Shown: positions 28,201-54,800 of the stretch, in pieces
How the letters are laid out: every line of letters starts with the position of its first letter
Numbering within the stretch: position 1 is the stretch's first letter
Assembly (NCBI GenBank): GCA_000934665.2
Contig: KZ538171.1
Span: 62,001-118,515, forward strand
Direction of reading: 5' to 3'
Source of the DNA: Catajapyx aquilonaris
Taxonomy: Eukaryota
DNA length: 56,515 nucleotides
Translations under genes and position numbers: made by a program
The notes under the pieces: generated by a model
What the model was told of the DNA's origin: nothing
Databases searched by the model: none
What the model saw: only the letters and a program-made list of their open reading frames with translations

Positions 28201-31200
28201 GTACATTAGGGTGAGGTCACTGAGCCTGTTCTCTTCTAGCAGATTGTCCAGGCCCTTCTGCAGGATGTTGTTCAAATGTTCACTGATCAGTTGTTTTTCC
28301 ACCGTGTGGACGAGAGGCCACTTGGTGCTTTGATCCAAGTAATGCAGCAAGCGCTCCATTTCCTCATTCAAGCGTTTATCCACATGGGCCAGGTATTCTG
28401 GGGCATCACACTCTTGCATGCATCTCTGACCCTCAGCTGCATATAACCTTTCTGTGGCCAACAAGAACCTGAAAACCAGTCAGTCACATTAGAAAAGGTG
28501 ACATGGATGATTCGAAAATAGTTTTTAGGGCTATATCAACCCCATGCATGGATGCCACATTGAACTCTCATCAGCCTGATTCAAGGCATTCATCTTTTCA
28601 TCCTTTTGTCAAAAACGCACTGCACTTTCAAACCATTAAATTCAAATGATTGAAATGCTTTGAAATTTCAGAGTGAATACAGTCCTATAGTATCATCAAT
28701 TCCCCCTTGTTACTTCTTGTCTATTATGGACAAAAACATTCTCATTACTTTCAGTAAAATCCTATACACCTGATAACAGAACTGGGACACTGACGTCACC
28801 TGCATTGAATTGTTAGTTTCATTGACATTTCTGAAAGGTGTGGTTGCCATTGTTCCAATTCTGCTGCCCAAGTTGTTTCTCTGCCAAAGATAAGTATACT
28901 ACTTTCCCCTAACAATGCATGTCATATGCTTCTCCTTATAAACTAAGAAATGTGATTCCCCAACATGGCAGATATTGATGCATCACTAGAGGGTGATCTC
29001 TCTGCTTATGAGTAGTACAGCCTGCAACATTTCACTTCACATGTGAAAACATTATGTTCTCATACTTAGTCTCAAAGGCCTCCTGGTAGATCTGCAGATC
29101 ACTCAGCATTCTGAGGAGGGACTTGAGCAGAGTTCGGTCCACAGTGTCTCCTTGTCTCTCCTTTTCTATCAGTAGGAGAAGGCCTTCTACAGTGCGTGTT
29201 TGGACCAGCTGGTTGCTGATTATGTGCTTTCGGAACATATCCAGACCCATGTCCCATATCGACATTATTGATGGGGACTGGAGAACAAAAGTCCGGTCCA
29301 AATATAAGAAGATGCTACGAATCATGATCATCTGGCGGCAGTGAGCTTGCCAGCAATCATTCATCATCTTAAGGAAGATCAGTCTGTCCATTGATTCTGC
29401 CAAGAATTGCTGGATATTTGACCTCACATGAGCCTTGGTCAGTTCTAGAAAGAGAGAGAGAGCCATGTTATACAACAACTTTATATGCAGGATACCCTAC
29501 TGTAATGCACATCGACAGAAACTTCTGCAAGATGATCACTAAGGCCCAGATGTGTGATCATTGACAAATCTCTGACAAGTGATTGGTAACAACTTTAGAA
29601 ACAATAAAAACATGGAACAAGCACGTGTTTTGGATCACACACCTGGGCCTAGTAGGAAGATATATTGATGCTGACTATGAGCCTGCATATCATAAGGCAG
29701 AATTCCTGAGAATAAGAGACGTGACTCCAAGAGATGTCTCCTGTAATAATTGTGGTCGTAACAGCCAGTAAATACATTTCTTACAATAATGTGTTTCTGA
29801 GAATGCACATAAAAGAATCACATGACTAGACAGAAATTATGATCAACTTCTAGGAATGAAATCCCACACTAAAGTAATTCAGATGTGCACCCTCTTTCAC
29901 AAAGCCAGATTTTGTCATGCCAAGGGCATCACAGAGTCAGAACTTGTCCCCATCCCAGACCAGGTGTTTGGATTCACCATTCAGCATGGGACAATTTGTA
30001 CCTATTATTATTATTCACCAAGTTAGATCCAAGGAACTATTCAAGGGATGAGGACAATAATGGAGCAGTCAGATTGTTAGATCCAAAAGTATGGCTGAGG
30101 TCATTGACCAGCCCAGGGATGGCTGTTTGTAGCTGTCAACTTAAGAGTCCCAAAATCAATTTCTCATTATACAGAGGGGAGGGTTACAAATTCCAGACCT
30201 GTTTTTTGGAGTTTTCCATAATGGTGTTTCAGAAGTGCTCCTGCAAGGCTTGTTCCTGCCTTACAGTCTTTATTACAATGCCATAATTGGAATAGCTATG
30301 GAAAAAAGTTGCCCCAAATCCCTCCAGCACCAAACACCCATTGAGATTCTGTAACTATGAGGCACAGTGCAAGTGGCTCTGCCTGAGTGTGTGAAAACAT
30401 GACTGCTGCAGTGTTCCTCAACTCAAATGATAATTTCCCCATTCACTAATGTGGAAATAAAAAAATACAGGATTTTCTCATGTGACACACCTCTGAGGCT
30501 GTCATACAGCTGTGGTGCCATCTTGTGTCCACACATGTTGGCCACTGCCTGGTATAGTTCCTCCAAACTGTAGCCAATAGATCTGGATGTTTGTATGGCT
30601 ACAACTGCCTCCTTCAATTTTTCCCATGTCTGCTCCTGGTAATTGTCAGGTAACTTGGGTCGCTCTGTTAGATAGAAAAGATAAAAGCATAAATAACATC
30701 CTTTCCAGTGGACATATGTATTGATCTTGTGACAAGCACCTCATTGCTATAAAACCACTTTGGTATATTCAAAAAATAATAACATTATAATTTAATATGC
30801 CAAATACCACAGTTTCTTAAGGTTGATCACATTAACTTCTCTGTCAGCTGAACAGTTTGCAAGGCAATCCCACTGTCATTGTTTAAAAAATGCATTTGAC
30901 CAACCATTTAAAATGAGTCGTTGGTTAAGCAACTAAGTGACCAGATTCATATATGCCACCTACAATGGCAGTTTCATTCATAAAACCAGCCTAAAACACA
31001 GTACATTGGAGGAACACAATGTGAGATTTAAGGGGCAGTAGCTCTAAAGTGACAGTTAAAGTGGTTGGGGGAACAAGGCATGGTCGCAACTACTGCATTA
31101 TTATTGACAGTTGTATAAGTTGAAAATCTGTACCACTATACAATTTCAAGGGCAGATGCAGTATGCATCTGTCAATAAGAGTCCAGGCCTATGCCATTTT

Positions 31201-31729
31201 CATCAGCACAAATACAAACTGTTGGAGAGACAATCAATGCCCATAAATCAGTTTGCAACATGGACTTGCTCAACATTTTACTGCTTCTTGTGTGTAGACA
31301 TACTTTGGCAATTAATTAACACAAACACTTTTCACCAAGAGGCTGTACAAATTCTTACTCAGGTACACCTGCATCTGACAACTAATTGCAGGTGTCACTT
31401 CCAAAATACCCTCCTCCTCGCTCACCCTTGAAGTTCTTGATAATGATCTTCTTGGTTGCGCCAGGCTTGTTGTTGGCCAGTTGCGTGGCCGATTTGCTGA
31501 CACCATTGGAGCTACTGAGGGCAGAGAAGTTGGCCCTCTTCTGGTTGGCCGCGGCTGCATCCGCCATGGCCGTGAGTCCTCCGCTCTCCCTGGGCCTCTT
31601 GGCTGCCCCTGCGGCCCCTGCCCCCCCTACGCTGCCCCCGGACGAGCTCCTCTTCCTCCTGGCACCGTTGACAAAGTCGTCCCCTGTGTTGGTGTTCTCA
31701 CCTGGGGAGGACTTAGTAAGGCTGGACAT
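25206..31729 (-). CDS. CUL4: Cullin-4, ~812 aa, 10 coding exons
   Basis: Exons (minus): 31729-31426 (MSSLTK...KKIIIKNFK), 30664-30491 ([17 protein letters not shown]...LEELYQAV), 29444-29066 ([13 protein letters not shown]), 28468-28135, 28056-27867 ([12 protein letters not shown]), 26985-26684 ([18 protein letters not shown]), 26541-26206 (LTMGYWPTY...GRKLQWQ), 26146-25976, 25757-25605 ([11 protein letters not shown] neddylation motif), 25301-25206 ([31 protein letters not shown]). Phases consistent. Start could alternatively be the downstream MADAAAA. Confidence 0.95.
27044..27526. mobile_element. Tc2/pogo-like MITE in Cul4 intron
   Basis: TA|CCGTATTTACTCGCATATAAGAC ... GTCTTATATGCGAGTAAATACGG|TA perfect 23-bp TIR; several internal TATAAGACGCAC repeats; CpGs retained, consistent with a young insertion. 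Confidence 0.92.
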
Positions 31730-32075
31730 AGGAGACCATGACACAGGCCGCAGCCTCCCTCCCTGGTTCCTGCCCCTGAGCTAGAGTCCAGCTGGTTGTC
31801 CCCTGGCGACAACAGACTAGGGCTGCCCCTAACGTGCTGTAAGGCCACAAGGGCCAAGTGTGCAGAACAGCAGGTTAGTTACCAAGATGGTAACTCGCGT
31901 TCCTTTTTCCTTTCCTTTTTTTTTTCCACCCAGGGCTGGCTGACTGGCTGACTACAGAGGCGTAGAGAGAAGTGCATGAGAATACGCGACAGAGGGAATC
32001 GGCAGCGGACCATGCTATGAGAAACACCCCTGGGGTCTGCTCCATTGCGACACCACCCCTGTCTGTTGCAACTCA

Positions 32076-46431
<14,356 letters not shown>

Positions 46432-47403
46432 TCCCAGGGAGACCACTGAAGGAACCCAGTTTGGCAAGTTTATGCATGTCAAGCAGAGAGCAGCTTTCCA
46501 ATGGGCTTGATGTTTAGATGGCAGTCATGTTGAGGACAGTTCAAGTGATGCCCCCAAGAGACCAACAAGTATTGCCCTGGGTGTGGGAAGGGAGGGATAA
46601 GATGTGTTGCTCGCATATCATCGATTTGCTGCACCAAGCGTAGAGTTTTTTTTGGTTTTGAATGTTTATTTTTGTCAGAAGGTGTGATACACATGGTTTC
46701 TTTTATTGTAAATATTATGGTTTTTGTGTCGTATATTTGATTTGTACAGTCACTCACGAGTTTTATTATTATTATCATTTTTATTTCTCATTCTGTTTCT
46801 TGTACTTCTGAAATCTATCTTATAATATTTTGATAGCAGCTTATGTGATTCCTTCCATTCACAGTGAGATTTCTACCAGATGAATTTGAACTATTTTGAA
46901 TGACCACCTGTTACATTAGCACATAATTATCTAAAGACTGTCGTGGCGAAATTTGTGGTTATATTTTGTCTATTGCCATATCTGCGTAAGCTGTTACAAA
47001 AAACACAATCTATAGTGTCTCTGTGGATCTTGTAGTACCAAGATATTTTACAGATTACCAATAAAGTATACTATTTGCAGATGACCATAGGATACTAACA
47101 GCATAAATTTTTGATACCATGAACATTTTTTAAAGCTACTTCTTTCACTTGAGCAACTTTTACATAAAAAGCTTCCATTGCAAATCAGGTGGTGGTTGTA
47201 GTTCCACAATTTAACATGTGATCCTGAAACTTGCCAATGGTTGGGGCTAACCAATATTAACAAAAACTTTTTGAAATAATTTTTTAAATGACATTTTGCA
47301 GCTGAGCACCCTGTTGTTTACTAATAATGATACCCTTTTTCCCAGTAATTCCCAGCCTGATGGGCAAAAGTAGGCACGTATTTTTCCTTAACCCATTCTG
47401 CAG

Positions 47404-47474
47404 CTGTCGACCTGCAAACTCAGCCCCCTCAGCAGAATGAAAAGTCTGATGAGGAGGGTGGATGCATGTGCTAG
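47404..47474 (+). CDS. RAB6: Alternative terminal coding exon B of Rab6 (TVDLQTQPPQQNEKSDEEGGCMC*)
   Basis: U12 branch site TTCCTTAAC at 47384-47392, CAG acceptor 47401-47403, correct phase 1, ends in GGCMC prenylation motif and TAG; AATAAA at 48161. Confidence 0.88.
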
Positions 47475-49788
47475 GCTGTATCAGTCGGATATTAACTGTG
47501 ATTCATTTCCCAATAATTATTATTATTAATTTTATTATCACTTTTGTCACTCTGTAAAAGCCTCCCCCTTGACCCATACCCACCCACAATATTGGTTGTT
47601 GCGCATTCCTTTGTTTTCTAAAATCATCCGCTCAAGTCGCAGACTGCTCTTGGTTTGCTGCGCCTCAGGTTGAGCCACTTCTGGCCAAAATCGAATAGGT
47701 GGTTTCATTTGTGTGTGGTGCTGAAGTGGAGTGGCAGGTGAAGTGGCAGAAACCCGGGAAAAGATGCCACAAGTGACAATGGAGAGTGACATTGGTGACT
47801 AGTGAAGCTGCATGTGTGCATGTTCACTCAGCATCCCATGCAGGAGGAATCGAAAATGACATGGCTCCATGTGCACCTGTTACCAGTGCTTGCACTTGAT
47901 GAGATAGTGGGATTGAAAGAAGTGATGTGCAGTTTTGTGCTATTGTCGAATCAAAATCAGACAGGGTATGCGGTATGTTCAGTTTAGTATTCACGAGGTT
48001 GAAGACCAGCATGCTTTTGTAGGCCTTCCCCCATTTTCGTTTAGTTTCCTGCAGAGCTCAAGCCATTTGATGTGAGGTTGCCATAAACATGGGTTTCCCT
48101 CCCCCTTTTGCACTACACAACAGGTACTTCTTGGTAACTCATGCTTTTGCTGAAGTAAACAATAAAGTATGTAAACTCTAAACCTTACCAAACTTGGCCC
48201 ACCTTACTCTGGTCAGAGTGGTATGACATTTGCTGATGGGATGCACTGTTTTGCTTCATATTTGAGGGACACAATTTTTTTGAACTGGTTGGTAACTGCA
48301 TGAAGCAGAAGCCAATGTGCATGGAATGAGATTTATACATCAGTTTGGTTTCCAGAATTTAAACAAGTATCTCATCACACATGGCATGTCAATCTGACAT
48401 TACTGGGACAAGTGGAAATGCAGGGATCAAGGGAGTTTGTCACATATGTGAAACAATATTTCCTGTCTGTGATCAATGGTCTATTGAGGATCACTCAGGT
48501 GATGAGTCACCATGCCAAAGGTGAATTAATGATTCTTTTGTAAGTGAAACTTGAAAAACAGTAGCAATCATGACATATGAGTGATCCAATTTCCCTGCCT
48601 TGTGAGTCAGCTAACGAGTTTACAATCAATGCTAATAATTGTGTCTGCCTCCCTTCTGATGATGTCAATAATTCCCATATGTGATGCAGGTAATAGGCGG
48701 TGCCTACTCTTAAATAATAAAAAAAAGGATGATTCCACCTCTTGTGCCTCACCCGAGCTTCGAAACCCTGCAACTTTCCCAGCAAGTGCTTAAGTAGGGA
48801 AGAGTTCAGTAGAAATTAACTGCTAAATTCTGTCGTTGCTTACAGCTTTTCTTCCACAATATTTAGTTGCTTGGGTGGGGTTGGCATAATACAGTACACC
48901 TCCCATTTCTGCACTCTTGGGAAAGGTGTTTTTTTGAGTCCCCTTCTTGATAACCAGTCAGGTGGCTGATAAGGACTATCTGTAATGTCCTGGAAGGGAG
49001 TGATTAACAACTGTGACTGCCACACAACCATTGCCCCAGTTTGTTAATTTACCTAAGTAATGCCATTTTTTTTCTATTTGGTTTTGGCCTAAATCACTTC
49101 AATCTTGTTTTCTTGCCCAGTTTTTGTTTGTTTGGTTGGTTAACTAACAGTATCAGTTGTAGCACAGTTGATTCTAGGGATAGAGTAGATGTGTGCTAAG
49201 CTACTCACGGCTATGCGACGTAACCCACTTGAAATGCAATCATGGCGCAAGTGTCAAACTAGGACTTGGTAATAATTATTATACGTAAAGGAAGTTGAAC
49301 GTTTCCCTTCGCAAAAACACACAACACACTTGTTGCTCTGAACCTTTCCATCCCTTTTCTGTACAGGTCTGTTTGGTTTATCTTGGATCTATGTGTGTTT
49401 TTTGCAGAAGGAAATGAAGCCCAGCTTTCATAGCTTTTTGTACCAAACGGTTTCCAAATGTACCTTTTTCTTGTGAAATCCAGAAATAAAGGTGTATAAT
49501 GCTTGATTTAAAAAAGTAACCTGTCACAATTGGATGCTTTTTTTATCTTGGTTAGTATCATGCAACCTGTGGCATAATCATCCCACCTGCACCATATGCT
49601 GTGAATAAGGATTCTTGTGTGTCACTTCCTGTCTTTCATCACGTGAGGCATGAGGGATGACGCTCTGGGTCCACAGTAGCATGATAATGCATATCAGTAT
49701 GGCATATATACAGTGATAATTCACAAAAGGGGATAAAAAGCTGTCTGCTGCACCATAGAGCACATCTCAGATCTACTCACTGCTGACA

Positions 49789-50606
49789 ATGAGCTGTAAG
49801 TGAAGGCTGTATCCTGCTTTATGCTCAGGTGACTCTGCATAATTATTCTTAACCCCACTATTGTGTTGTATAAATAGATCCACGCCAAGATCCATTCAAT
49901 CCGTTTGGACAGACCACTACTCGAGAGGAGATCACTCGCGATCCCTGGGGAGGCACCACAATCAGGGAAGAAGACGTCACAAGAGACATGTTTGGGAACA
50001 CAACAGTACGTGATGAGGTTGTACGCAGGGATGCCTGGGGTCGCACCACAGTTGAAGAAGATATTGTGAAGAGGGATGCCTTTGGTCGTACCACAGTTGA
50101 GGAAGACTTTGTGAGAAGAGACCCATGGACAGGAACCACTGTCAAAGAAGAAATCAAGACTGATCCATGGGGGCGCACTACTGTCTCAGAGGAGGTCAGG
50201 CGGGATGGGTGGGGAGGTGCTGCAGCCATGGGACCTCCTCCTCCGTACTACCCTCCTGGACCTGCATACCCAACTCAGGTCCCTATTGCCCCACCAGTGT
50301 TTCCAGCCCCAGTTATTTACCAGCCCACACCAGTGATTCAGGAGACTGTAGTTATTCGTGAAGGGGTGAGTTAAAGTTACTTATTATTTCAAAATATTGA
50401 AACCGTCTTTTCTTGCAACCAGCTCAAATTTGTTGTTCACTTGCTTCACCTTCATTACTGATGACTCATTCATAGGAATTGATGATTTTTTTTTTTTAAA
50501 TGACACCTTCTTTTTAATGCAGCACCACCACCATCATCTCCTTCCACAGCTGTTTGGACACCATCACCATCACCATGGACACCATGGACACCATCATGGT
50601 TGGTGA
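49789..50606 (+). CDS. Uncharacterised ~192-aa protein: ~7 tandem 14-15-aa repeats, Pro-rich linker, His-rich C-terminal tail
   Basis: Exons 49789-49795 (ATG AGC T|gtaagt), 49878-50365 (ends GAA GGG|gtgagt), 50523-50606 (tttttaatgcag|HHHHHLLPQLFGHHHHHHGHHGHHHGW*); phases join correctly; repeats vary mainly at synonymous/conservative positions, arguing for a real coding region. Confidence 0.85.
49889..50216 (+). repeat. Degenerate coding tandem repeat, ~42-45 nt period
   Basis: Units DPWGGTTIREEDVTR / DMFGNTTVRDEVVRR / DAWGRTTVEEDIVKR / DAFGRTTVEEDFVRR / DPWTGTTVKEEIKT / DPWGRTTVSEEVRR. Confidence 0.85.
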
Positions 50607-51419
50607 TAACACGAGATATTGGGATCTGACCTCTGCAGATAAATGCCAAGGAGATGGGTGATTTGTCGCTCTCTGATAACATGTAACCTTGTAATTGTTA
50701 TCCATGTATATCTTCTGTATTGCCTTTGTATAACACTTGTAGTGGTTGTGTAGTTTCAATTTGTATGGCTTGAAAGTTAATTATATGAAGGACTTATATA
50801 CCATTTAAGAGTATTATTTTTGCCTCATTGCAATGCAGTATTGCAAGACAAGCACCTGACTTTTGTGACATCATGCTTAGGTGGTAACATCGTAACTTTT
50901 ACAAAAAGAGGGCTGAGAGGTCTGCCCAATCACCTACTTGTCTGCCTGTCAAGCTTATTTGGATTCAATAAGTCAAATGTTGATGACTCACACTGCAGAC
51001 CGCTGCAGACACAGTGACAGGTTTGCCAGGCTAATGTGTGGAACTCACCTTAGATCTTATTGTGCATGATTGACTTACTCTTACCCACACTCTGGACAGG
51101 TTATCATTATGTTGCAGATTGACACCACGTGTTCTGGTGAGCATTTCAACCATTGCATTGTTCCAAGGCATACTCAAGTGTGTATGACCTTCGTATGACC
51201 AGTGTTCTGGGGCAACAATTTCTATTTTGAGATTGTACTATCTGAGATTTTAACATTGCACATCTCTGGTCAGTCATTGCATTGGTACAGTACCAATAAT
51301 GAATAGAGATAGAAAGATTAGTGCTATTTAAAAAAATTGAAATATCAATTTGGAGAATGCACCTGCTTGGATAGGAATACGATAGAATTTGCTCTACAGC
51401 ACGTGGCTCCTCCTGGTCA

Positions 51420-51817
51420 AAACCGGCTGAACCGGCAGCAGCCATGTGAGGAGCATGAGACGAGGGACCGGAACGCAATGGGAACGCGCGGAACGAAGTC
51501 CTTGGCAACCAGCGCTCCGTGCGGTGGCAATCGGAAAGCGGCGACCTATCACTCCCATTCCGCAGGTGTCGCCGCGGCCGCAGTGAGCGTTCGACAGCCG
51601 ACCAAGTGAGCCGCACTCTCCGTCGCAGCTGCCCACTCGGTGTGACTACCACCGCTCTTTTCCCCCCCTCTCTGGTCTCTGCAATCCTCCTCCGGTTCGG
51701 TTTGGAGGAAGGCACTTCACGGATCTACTGCACCCACAACTTGTCTCCTCATCCTGCGCCGCTGCTGCGTCTCCCCGGGGGCCAACCGACGACGCTGAGC
51801 TGCTGCTCCTGCCGAAG
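51420..51817 (+). promoter_or_regulatory. CpG-rich promoter and probable non-coding first exon of a downstream gene whose CDS is not visible in the window
   Basis: Abrupt GC/CpG-rich block, CGGAA motifs, pyrimidine-rich leader-like sequence ending at a perfect donor AAG|GTGAGT (51817/51818); no convincing coding exon found in the following 4.7 kb. Confidence 0.55.
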
Positions 51818-54800
51818 GTGAGTTCCCATCCGCTAAAGAGGGACGCAGTTTGGGTGGGTGGCCGGGGGAAAAGGAAAGCCAGCCAGCCAAGCCAGGGCAG
51901 GTGTGCATTAGGCCTACCTGGGCCAAACCGCCCACTTCCTCCACCAGCAGGCCCTAACCAGAAAGAGGTTGCTCAACTCGCACCGCTGCACACACACGGG
52001 AGAGGTGTGACTCACGTGGTCCGACTTTGTTGCCATCCCATGCCGACTCATTGTTGTCGGGGGGGGGGGGGGGGGAAANNNNNNNNNNNNNNNNNNNNNN
52101 NNNNNNNNNNNNNNNNNNNNNNNNNNNNNNNNNNNNNNNNNNNNNNNNNNNNNNNNNNNNNNNNNNNNNNNNNNNNNNNNNNNNNNNNNNNNNNNNNNNN
52201 NNNNNNGGGGGGGGGGGGGGGTAACAACATGTGTAATTTGAAAACACAATTGCAGTGCAGTTGACCTAATCTGGCAGCTGCCATAAAGCGTCACTTTATG
52301 GAGCTGTCAATAGTCCGGTCGTAAATAACTAATGATGTATGTTCTTCACCACTGTCAAAACAGAAGGGATGGTTCATGTCGCTTGAGAATCATGACACCA
52401 GCAGATGTAGATCGTGTGAGCCATGCAGAAATGGATCCTGAAGACTTTGTAAACAGAAAGTTGCACTCGAGTGCACGCTTCCTCGTGGGCTTATACCAGC
52501 TTGTGTAATTTGTACAGGCTACAAGTGTTACTATGTTGCAATAACGAGCCTGGAATTTCTAAATATAGCGTGTAAGCCTTTAAAACGCTCCTGGTCACGT
52601 GCATGTGTTGACTATACACAAGTCTTGTGATTGGAAAATAAGTCGCCTATACCTGCATGGTACAATGTACTATATTACATCAAATATTGACGATATCGTT
52701 AGCAGGAGAGAAAGTAATAGAATAAAAAATCTCTGTACGATCCTCGAGGCGGAAGATGAGGGAAGGAAGCACCTGCCTGTCCATCCACTTAGAAAACCAT
52801 TTCTCTGGATTCTGCTGCTGATGTTACTCGGTGGAATCCCAGACTCATCACATTCCTAATGGAGTTCCCAGATAAGGACAGAGTGGGGCTTCCCTCAGCA
52901 TTCCTCTAGGGATGCTAACATCCATTTCTTGGAAGAATTCGATGATTTTTTTTTGTGTGTGTTTTGGTTTTGAGCTTCCCCCCGCCCTTTATTTCCCAGA
53001 AATTGCTTATGGACCTAAGGGCACGTGAGAAAATATCAATTGCAGCCAACCTTGTTCAAAGGGGAGCCTTCCTAAAAGTTATTAAGTGTGGCTGGCTGGC
53101 TCTCAGCTACAAAATGTGAGAAATACGGGCCAGAGTTAGGCGCTAATAATTTTTCCTTATATCCCCGTATAATTAACGACACGGGGAAAGTTCGCAAAAA
53201 TTACGGCAATCTTATTAGTGAACGCAATCTTGAGATGCGCACACTCAGGGACGAATTTCCCATCCCTAAAATATCCCACTTGCCACTTCGATGTCTAGCC
53301 CCTATGAAATGAGGTCGTAAATGCCTCCCTTTGCTCTCTAATGACCAAAACTCATCAACTCTTTGGCCGCAGTGTATCCTGTTGACTCCAACCAAGACTT
53401 GGAATCAATAACAAGATGAGTCTGAGGTTAGCGTAGCGAAAATATGACGATTGTTTTGTTGACAAAACTTGCAGGAGCATTATGCAAATGAGGAGAATTG
53501 TGTGTGATTACAGCAATGAACTTAATTGATATGTGATATTTGTGATGAATAAAAATGACTCATTGAGGTACCACCTTGTATTTTTAATGGGAGTGTGACC
53601 TGGCAACGTATATTTGCGCATCGATGGGTGGTATTGAACATTTTTTTTGCACTGTACACTGTACAGATGTTGTTTCTAACCCCCTCTAGTCACGTAACTT
53701 AATAGGAGCGTCAATACGGGGCGGAAGTTGTGGTCAAGTAAACCACATCCAATTCCCATAGTCTAAATAAAAGGGGCTGACCTTGCTAAATCCTATTTCT
53801 GAAGCTGCATTTTCGGACCCGTGGGGGTAACTCAATTTCAAATTCAGTCGTAAGTCAGAGTATTTAAAGTGATTCTGTCGGTTTCCGATAGTCCCTTTTC
53901 GAATGGAATTATAGTGGAGATTTTGGTTTGATTGGCAACTTTTTCTGGTCCTAGCTCCTAGGACGAAAAGGAAGCTGTGCGTACCTCTTGCCAATTGAAT
54001 TACCCACTCAGGTTGAAATATTTTAAATGAGATTCCTGAATGGATGTGCCTTTCCTGGGACGCTTGTCATGCATCACGTTTTCCAGGGGATTTCGGAGCC
54101 ATTACTGCAGGCCATGTAATTATTCGGTTGTAATTATCAGCGTCAGTTAGATGCTTGCATTGATTTCCTGGCCGTTTTTGCTACAGTGCAGTGTTGGAAT
54201 TTGTTACTAAGAGCGAATGTTTCGGGGGCGTACTTTTTTTTTAATTAGCGTATTTACTGGGTGCTTGGGTATTGTGTTTTGAATGCAGTTTTGTTGACTG
54301 ATGAAATGTTTTTGCGCTTTAGAGGTTGTTTATGCCGAATCGGAGTTCTGTTGCGAAGAAGCGCTTTGAATAGGGTTTTTTTTTATAGTTGAAAATAGTT
54401 TTGATCATTATTCAACTTCGGAACAAGAGCTATTAGCAGTCTGCAAACTTTGAATACGACCTCCATATTTGTAAAAAAGCAACATTAGCCCCTAATGAGC
54501 TGAATGCTTGTGTCACGACAAAATAATTTGAATAACTTTGTTGATTTGAAACTATTTAATATGCAGGATGGCTGGATGCATACAAGTTGCTAATAATGCC
54601 TATGTACGTAATATGTAATCATATCCCATGAGGGGCGCTGCAGAGCACAGGTCGTAACGCACACTCTGCCAATAAGGTACACACTGCAGAAATTCAATAT
54701 TATCTTTGGGCTTAAATGTAACGAGTTCGCTGTTTGTTGTTGCAACGCCGGAGAATGGGCTTTTGCGGGTAAAACAAATATAGAGCCTGTGTAGGTAATA

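Noticed and set aside
49889..50216. Periodic repeat considered as a CRISPR-like or satellite array
   Set aside because: Eukaryotic coding repeat with codon-level divergence; no constant repeat plus unique spacer structure.
51146..51715. 189-aa minus-strand ORF and overlapping ORFs in the GC-rich block
   Set aside because: GC-rich promoter/leader DNA is stop-poor; Arg/Ser/Pro-rich translation without motifs.
52059..52222. Long G runs flanking N gaps (also ~13311, ~20752-20838, ~41255)
   Set aside because: Assembly/sequencing artefact-prone homopolymers; not interpretable as G-quadruplex elements.
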